Assembly: GCA_025603075.1 (NCBI GenBank) | Contig: MU626427.1 | Coordinates: forward strand, 1-42,136 | Direction of reading: 5' to 3' | From: Neoconidiobolus thromboides FSU 785 | Taxonomy: Eukaryota; Fungi; Entomophthoromycota | DNA: 42,136 nt | In this document: positions 36,796 to 42,136 of the stretch, piece after piece | Position numbering within the stretch: position 1 is the stretch's first letter | Layout: each line of letters begins with the position of its first letter | The notes under the pieces: generated by a model | Told to the model about the DNA's origin: nothing | The model's database searches: none | The model's input: only the letters and a program-made list of their open reading frames with translations | Program-made: the position numbers and the translations under genes

Positions 36796-39006
36796 TTAAT
36801 AGTTTTTACTACGACATTTATGACGAATACTGGTAGAAGTAACACTAGTAACTGGGATAAGGGTATATGTACCAGTTTGTACTGATGAGCCACTGGTAAC
36901 TGGTAGAAGAGTGTAAGTATCACTAGGAACGCTATAACTTGTAGATGTGGATAATTGAGTATCAGTTACTGGGTAAGATCCGGTTTGAGTGTATGAGTTA
37001 GTGGAAGAATTGGCTAAACTAGAAGATGTAGTAGAAGGTGTAGTATATGATTGGGTATAAGTAGTAGAGTTAGGTTCAGTTACTGAATAAGTTCCAGTCT
37101 CAATAGTGGTGTTATAAGTACCTGAAGAAGTAGATTTAGTGCTAGTAGAGCAAGAAGTAGATGTTGAGCTGATAGGAGTGGTTACTAAATAAGTTGAGGT
37201 TTTAGAAGTAGTGGAACAAGGGATGGTAGATGTACCAGTGTATGATTCGGTACCAGAGGTAGATGTGATTGTAGATGTTTCAGATCCAAATGTAGTAGTG
37301 GTGCTCGAAGTTTCAGATCCGGAAGTGGAAGTTTCTGATTGAGTAGAAGTTATGGCTGAAGTAGTAGAAGTTTCCTCTTCTTTCTTAACAATTTTAATTC
37401 TACCGTCAGTATAAGGAGATACAGGGGTGTACTTTTTAATATAATCACTAACAATAACATCAATAGCATCAAGAGGAGCAAAATCAGTGACAGGTGGAGC
37501 AATAAAGTTATCACCACCAGTAGCAACAAAATCTAAAGTTGTACAGGTATATACTTTTTCTAAGTCTAATTTAACATAGGTTGCTGTCTTTGTTTTACGA
37601 TTCAATATATCAACAGAAACTAAGCGAGATTGTTCTGGTGCAGTTGGATCATAGGTAAATCTCATACCACCAATTTGAATAAATGAACTTACAGGACGAT
37701 TGTTTACTTTGTTTACCTTAGATACAATAGCTTCTAGCATATCCCATAATTGTTGACCTGTTAATTTTATATCAACAATAGCATTACCAAATGGAAATAC
37801 AGTTAAAACATCGGATACTTTAATATCACCTTTAGTAATACCAGCACGAATAACACCAGCATTAAGAAAGGATACATCTGAGTTTGGTCTTTTTTCTAAA
37901 ATAATATCGGAAACAAAAGAACCAAGAGAACATTCTTTTGTTTGGCAACTAGCTTGCTCAAAATCATCGGCTGCGATACCAAGCACTGTTTTACCAAAAG
38001 CATCAAATGGTTCTCTCCATTCTTGAGCTTGTTTATTAGCTTCTTCATTTAATGGGACCAATGAGTTTAATTCAATTGGGAAGCCATCGATTTTGCTTAA
38101 GTAACCATCTTCATTAAACTTAATATCAACATGTCCTAAGAATCGACTCCAGCAGTAAGCTTGAACAATATAAGTATCTTTTCCATCTAAATTCTTAACG
38201 GAAGTTGGATATAGACCCATTGAATTTGGAGCATTTGTTACATTATTTAATGGAGAAGCAAGATAAGAATGAGAATGACCACCAACAATGAGTGATAAGC
38301 CTTTAGTTTTTGATGCTAATTCTTGATCTTCTTTATAACCATTATGAGAGACAGCAATCACTCTTTTATAACCCATTTTTTTAACTTCATCAATAGTTTC
38401 TTGTAAAGTAATAATAGGATCAGATACTTTGAGTAATTTTCCAATACTAGAGATAGATGGAGCAGTATAAGTGATATAGCCAACAACAGCTAGATTGTAT
38501 TTTGGGAACAATTGATATTTTTTAATTAAGCTTGAAAGTTGAGGATGTTGAGAGGCATCAATATTGGAGGATACTAATGGGAATGTAAAATTTTGAGCTA
38601 CTCTAGCTAAATTATCTGGTCCATTATCAAACTCGTGGTTACCAATAGTCATAACATCATATTTTAAATAGTTCATAGCCCTTGCTGTAATATCTCCTTT
38701 ATAATAAGTATAGTACATAGTACCTTGGAATTCATCCCCACCATCTAATAATAAATTGTTAGGGTGTTTTTCACGTAATTGATCAATGGCTGTTTTTAAT
38801 CTTGCTAAACCACCATAACATTGTTTGTTTTCAATCTGCGCCTTAGTACAATCCGTTCCATACTTATTACTTTGGTCGTATCTTGAATGGACATCATTTG
38901 TATGTAGAATAGTCAAATCATAGTCTGAGTCTTCCCTTCTTATTATACTACCCTCAGTGCAAAAGGTTAAGAGCAGTAAAACCAAATTACTACTTTTGAA
39001 CAACAT
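36796..39006 (-). CDS. Secreted 5'-nucleotidase/apyrase family protein (metallophosphoesterase + 5'-nucleotidase C domain) with Ser/Thr-rich tail
   Basis: N-terminal signal peptide; motifs LHTNDVHS, LDGGDEFQG, IGNHEFD, GGHSH; C-domain NAGVIR, VFPFGN, FVATGGD; about 190-aa S/T-rich C-terminus; single uninterrupted 736-aa ORF. Confidence 0.93.
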   Translation of the reverse strand: MLFKSSNLVLLLLTFCTEGSIIRREDSDYDLTILHTNDVHSRYDQSNKYGTDCTKAQIENKQCYGGLARLKTAIDQLREKHPNNLLLDGGDEFQGTMYYTYYKGDITARAMNYLKYDVMTIGNHEFDNGPDNLARVAQNFTFPLVSSNIDASQHPQLSSLIKKYQLFPKYNLAVVGYITYTAPSISSIGKLLKVSDPIITLQETIDEVKKMGYKRVIAVSHNGYKEDQELASKTKGLSLIVGGHSHSYLASPLNNVTNAPNSMGLYPTSVKNLDGKDTYIVQAYCWSRFLGHVDIKFNEDGYLSKIDGFPIELNSLVPLNEEANKQAQEWREPFDAFGKTVLGIAADDFEQASCQTKECSLGSFVSDIILEKRPNSDVSFLNAGVIRAGITKGDIKVSDVLTVFPFGNAIVDIKLTGQQLWDMLEAIVSKVNKVNNRPVSSFIQIGGMRFTYDPTAPEQSRLVSVDILNRKTKTATYVKLDLEKVYTCTTLDFVATGGDNFIAPPVTDFAPLDAIDVIVSDYIKKYTPVSPYTDGRIKIVKKEEETSTTSAITSTQSETSTSGSETSSTTTTFGSETSTITSTSGTESYTGTSTIPCSTTSKTSTYLVTTPISSTSTSCSTSTKSTSSGTYNTTIETGTYSVTEPNSTTYTQSYTTPSTTSSSLANSSTNSYTQTGSYPVTDTQLSTSTSYSVPSDTYTLLPVTSGSSVQTGTYTLIPVTSVTSTSIRHKCRSKNY

Positions 39007-39280
39007 CTATATATTTTAATAATTAATTAAAATCACGCTTTTCTTTATCAGAAGTTAAAGAAATGACAGCCTCTGCTATTCTATTTATACCATTTTTGTT
39101 CTCTAATTCTATTATTTAAAGTTACCAGCCTCGAATTAAGCTATAAATTTCTAATTGTAGTATTAATTTTCTGATATATTAAATTTAATTTGAAATCTAA
39201 ATTTAGATGTTTGATATTTCTTTATTGGATTACATATCTAATAGATCAAGTAATACTAAAAATTATTTGAAGTGCTTTGT

Positions 39281-39321
39281 TTTTATATTTTATATTTTAT
39301 ATTTTATATTTTATATTTTAT
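39281..39321. repeat. Microsatellite (TTTTATA) x5.8
   Basis: Perfect 7-bp units about 275 nt upstream of the nucleotidase ATG. Confidence 0.85.
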
Positions 39322-39701
39322 CTACTAGATAATATACGTAGTAATATGATAAACAGTTTTATTTTGACAAACTTATGATTTCTTTATTAAAAATAAAGAT
39401 TATTTTATAATTCTATGTTAAAGATTACTTTATTATTTTGTAATTAGGTTTATTATTTATTTGTATAAATTAATTTCAAATAGAGTACTTTTATCAATAC
39501 GGCAGTATTGGTGGTAACATCACCCACAAAAACATGCATAAATAATTAAATCTTTTCTATAACTTTGTTTAATTGGTTTACTTTGGATTACTCGAATATT
39601 AATTTTATTATAAAATTTCTCCACTTATAAATATTACTACTAAAAGTTATTTTATGAATGTATAAATTAAAAAGTTTTTTAAAGTTCGGAGTTAAAATAT
39701 T

Positions 39702-39795
39702 GGGGGTGTTTTTTTGGTTTCACCACTTTTTTCATTTTTAAGCATTATTTGAGCGGAAAGATTGTCAGCAAAATTCTTTAAAAAAATATATCCTC
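39702..39795 (-). mobile_element. MITE, full length (about 94 bp)
   Basis: GGGGGTG...TATCCTC; left flank ATAT plus an extra T, right flank ATAT. Confidence 0.8.
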
Positions 39796-40125
39796 ATATA
39801 TTAATTCAAATTTGAATAATTTCCATCTTGTACAATGATTATATTGTTTATATCATGATAGATAGAAGTATGAATTTTAGGAAGTAATCAATTATTATTT
39901 CATATTTTGAAAGACTGTTAGCTCGAATATTTTATTAATAAAAGAAACTAATCAATTAATTAAACTAGGAGAGAGATAGTTCATAAAAGTAGCATGTTGT
40001 TTCTTTTCTTATTTCTAATCAGTTTTATTTTCATGTTAAAGTTAGTCATCCAGGTGATTCCACACTCAAAAATAATGAAAGTGCAAAAGTACTTAAAGCT
40101 TTGGTTTTAAAGGATAACTTTATAT

Positions 40126-40219
40126 AGGGATGTATTTTTTTAAGAATTTTACTAACAATCTTTCTGTTCAAATAGCGCTTAAAAGTAAAAAAAAGTGATG
40201 AAACCAAAAAAACATCCCC
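40126..40219 (+). mobile_element. MITE, full length (94 bp)
   Basis: AGGGATG...CATCCCC; flanks ATAT/ATAT. Confidence 0.88.
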
Positions 40220-40265
40220 ATATATATTCTACGAATGTGATATAAGATTGTTAGGTATAATGCTG

Positions 40266-40353
40266 ATAAGCTTCTTAATTAAGACTGATTTTTATAATAG
40301 ATTTAATAAGCTTCTTAATTAAAACTGATTTTTATAATAGATTTAATAAGCTT
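40266..40353. repeat. 40-bp tandem duplication x2.2
   Basis: ATAAGCTTCTTAATTAA(G/A)ACTGATTTTTATAATAGATTTA repeated with one mismatch. Confidence 0.85.
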
Positions 40354-40632
40354 ATAAGGGCTCATTGCTATTGGATGAAAATGCTATCCTTATAGTAAAT
40401 TGAGTATAAGCTAAATAAAGCGCCTATGCTCTATACTTTCTTCTAAATTATTATAGAATTGGCAATTTCGAGATACTTCAGCTAAGTATTTATTTATATT
40501 TCTCTTAAGAATTAAAATGAACATTATCAATTATAAATAAGTAAAAAAATAAAGTTCAATATTAAAACCAGTAAACCAACTACGTAACACAAATAATAAT
40601 ACACAATTTTTGATAAACTAATTTTCTAATAC

Positions 40633-40680
40633 GGGGATGTTCAAATTAGTTTCATTTTTTTATCCAATTTTTAGATATTT
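40633..40680 (-). mobile_element. Degenerate MITE fragment
   Basis: GGGGATGTT...GTTTCATT...TCCAATTTTTAG loosely follows the reverse consensus. Confidence 0.35.
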
Positions 40681-41148
40681 TATATTTCATGTTTTAAAAC
40701 TTTGCTTAACATTTTATAAAATAAATTCCTTATTAAAAAGCAAAAATATTCAACACAGTTTTAAATTATTTTATTATGTGAAATCTGGTACTCAGTAATT
40801 GAAGTCAAAAACAGTTATTGGCTGGTTGACTACACTATAAATTGAAAGGCCTTAGCTTATGTGACTAAGATAGACTTGAATTATGAAGAGCAGCATGTAA
40901 TAGGCTAGGGACTATGTAAGACAAATAGAATAGACAATACTAATGCAAAATCTATATAAATTATTACTAAGAAAACTTAGTGGCTTTATTAAATGTACGA
41001 GATATCAGGGAATAATCCAGTTAAAAAGCCTCAAGTTATTGTGTTCTAAAATCTCTTTTATATTCCAACAAGTATAGATATCAAAACAGGAGGATAATAT
41101 TCTTTGGAATTAAGTTAGAAATTCTTGCAGCAAACCAAAATAAGAGAC

Positions 41149-41246
41149 GGGGATGTATTTTTGTGTCTAACAATTTTATTAACAATTTTTCCACTTAAAC
41201 AGCGTTTAAAAGGTGGAAAGAGTAATGAAGCCAAAAAAACATCCCC
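41149..41246 (+). mobile_element. ~98-bp MITE, full length
   Basis: GGGGATG...CATCCCC; perfect non-palindromic AGAC/AGAC duplication. Confidence 0.92.
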
Positions 41247-42136
41247 AGACTTTGAGTCAATTGTGCTTGAATTTGAGAACACAGTGACTTAAGGGATTAT
41301 GTTATAATCAATCATAGAGCTGACAAAGCGATATTTTGCATTGGGTTATACTTTATTAAACATTTATCATTTAAACCAGATACATATTATTTGAATACTC
41401 TTAAAACTTCTGATATAAGCATAATTGCTCCTTTGAATGTATATTGATCAATATTTGTTAAACTTGGAAAATTAACATTTTTATTTAAAGAGAGTTTATA
41501 AACAATCTAGAATTCTGTTACTGTTACTAAAAATGCTACTAATTTTACCAAAATTTTAAATTCTTTTAAATTTTAAATAAATAAAAAATTGAAACAAAAA
41601 GATCATATAAAAAAAATATAATTTTATTTTTTAATTATTTTTTATATAATATTTTTAATATAACAAAAGTTAAATAGTTCAATTCTTTTTAAAAGAATTT
41701 AAAATTTAAAAATAAACAGAATAAATATATCACATAATAACTAAAATAATTTTGTGTAAATTTCTAAATTTAAAAAAATAGTAGACAAATTGTAAAAATA
41801 AAAATCTAATTATGATCTTTTTATAACTTTTATCTTAAACAATCGACTATATGGGCCTGTCTTAATTGGTTTCAGAATTTACTTAGAAATTAATCCAAAT
41901 TTAAAAATTTTAAATTTGTGTCAATATGACGGTTAAGTCTAAAAAGCCTAAAATTAAATCTCTCTACTTAAAACATTTTAATAGTTTCCTTTTCTTAAAT
42001 AGCCAATTTTCCTAACTATATGTTTTATGTTAGTTCTGTTGGATATTTAACAGATATATAATATATAACTATATGATTATATAATTATATAAATACAGTT
42101 ATTTGACTTTATTTTTTGTTGAAATAAAAATAAAAT

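Noticed and set aside
12742-40219. MITE as a TA-targeting Tc1/mariner/pogo element cognate to the HTH genes
   Set aside because: ATAT flanks could be read as TA plus a T/A terminus, but the ATTT/ATTT, GTAT/GTAT and AGAC/AGAC flanks require a 4-bp duplication.
12187-41246. The ~98-bp repeats as a CRISPR array or satellite
   Set aside because: Dispersed at irregular kb-scale intervals in both orientations, with TIRs and TSDs; no regular spacers or cas genes; eukaryotic context.

Overview
Very AT-rich (by eye about 20-25% GC), gene-sparse eukaryotic DNA with short GT-AG introns (50-52 nt). It is most consistent with an early-diverging fungus, e.g. Entomophthorales; that placement is inference only. 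From left to right it contains: (1) two tandem two-exon minus-strand genes of the Fungal_trans-like transcription-factor family that lack a Zn2Cys6 cluster; (2) a 27-kb cluster of six intact intronless genes plus one unannotated pseudogene encoding the paired HTH (psq-type + CENP-B/Tc5-type) DNA-binding module of pogo/Tigger transposases, with no DDE domain, a shared KSNVP motif, an S/N/Y-rich tail and a TATA box each; four of the seven form a mirror-image block; (3) 17 full-length and 4 partial copies of a ~98-bp MITE with GGGGATG...CATCCCC termini and 4-bp target-site duplications (Sola-like), all intergenic; (4) several decayed gag-like relics; (5) an eroded Hmp1/CsbD-like small ORF; (6) a secreted 5'-nucleotidase with a Ser/Thr-rich tail. 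No rRNA, tRNA or CRISPR array was recognised. Family names come from motif recognition by eye, not database searches.
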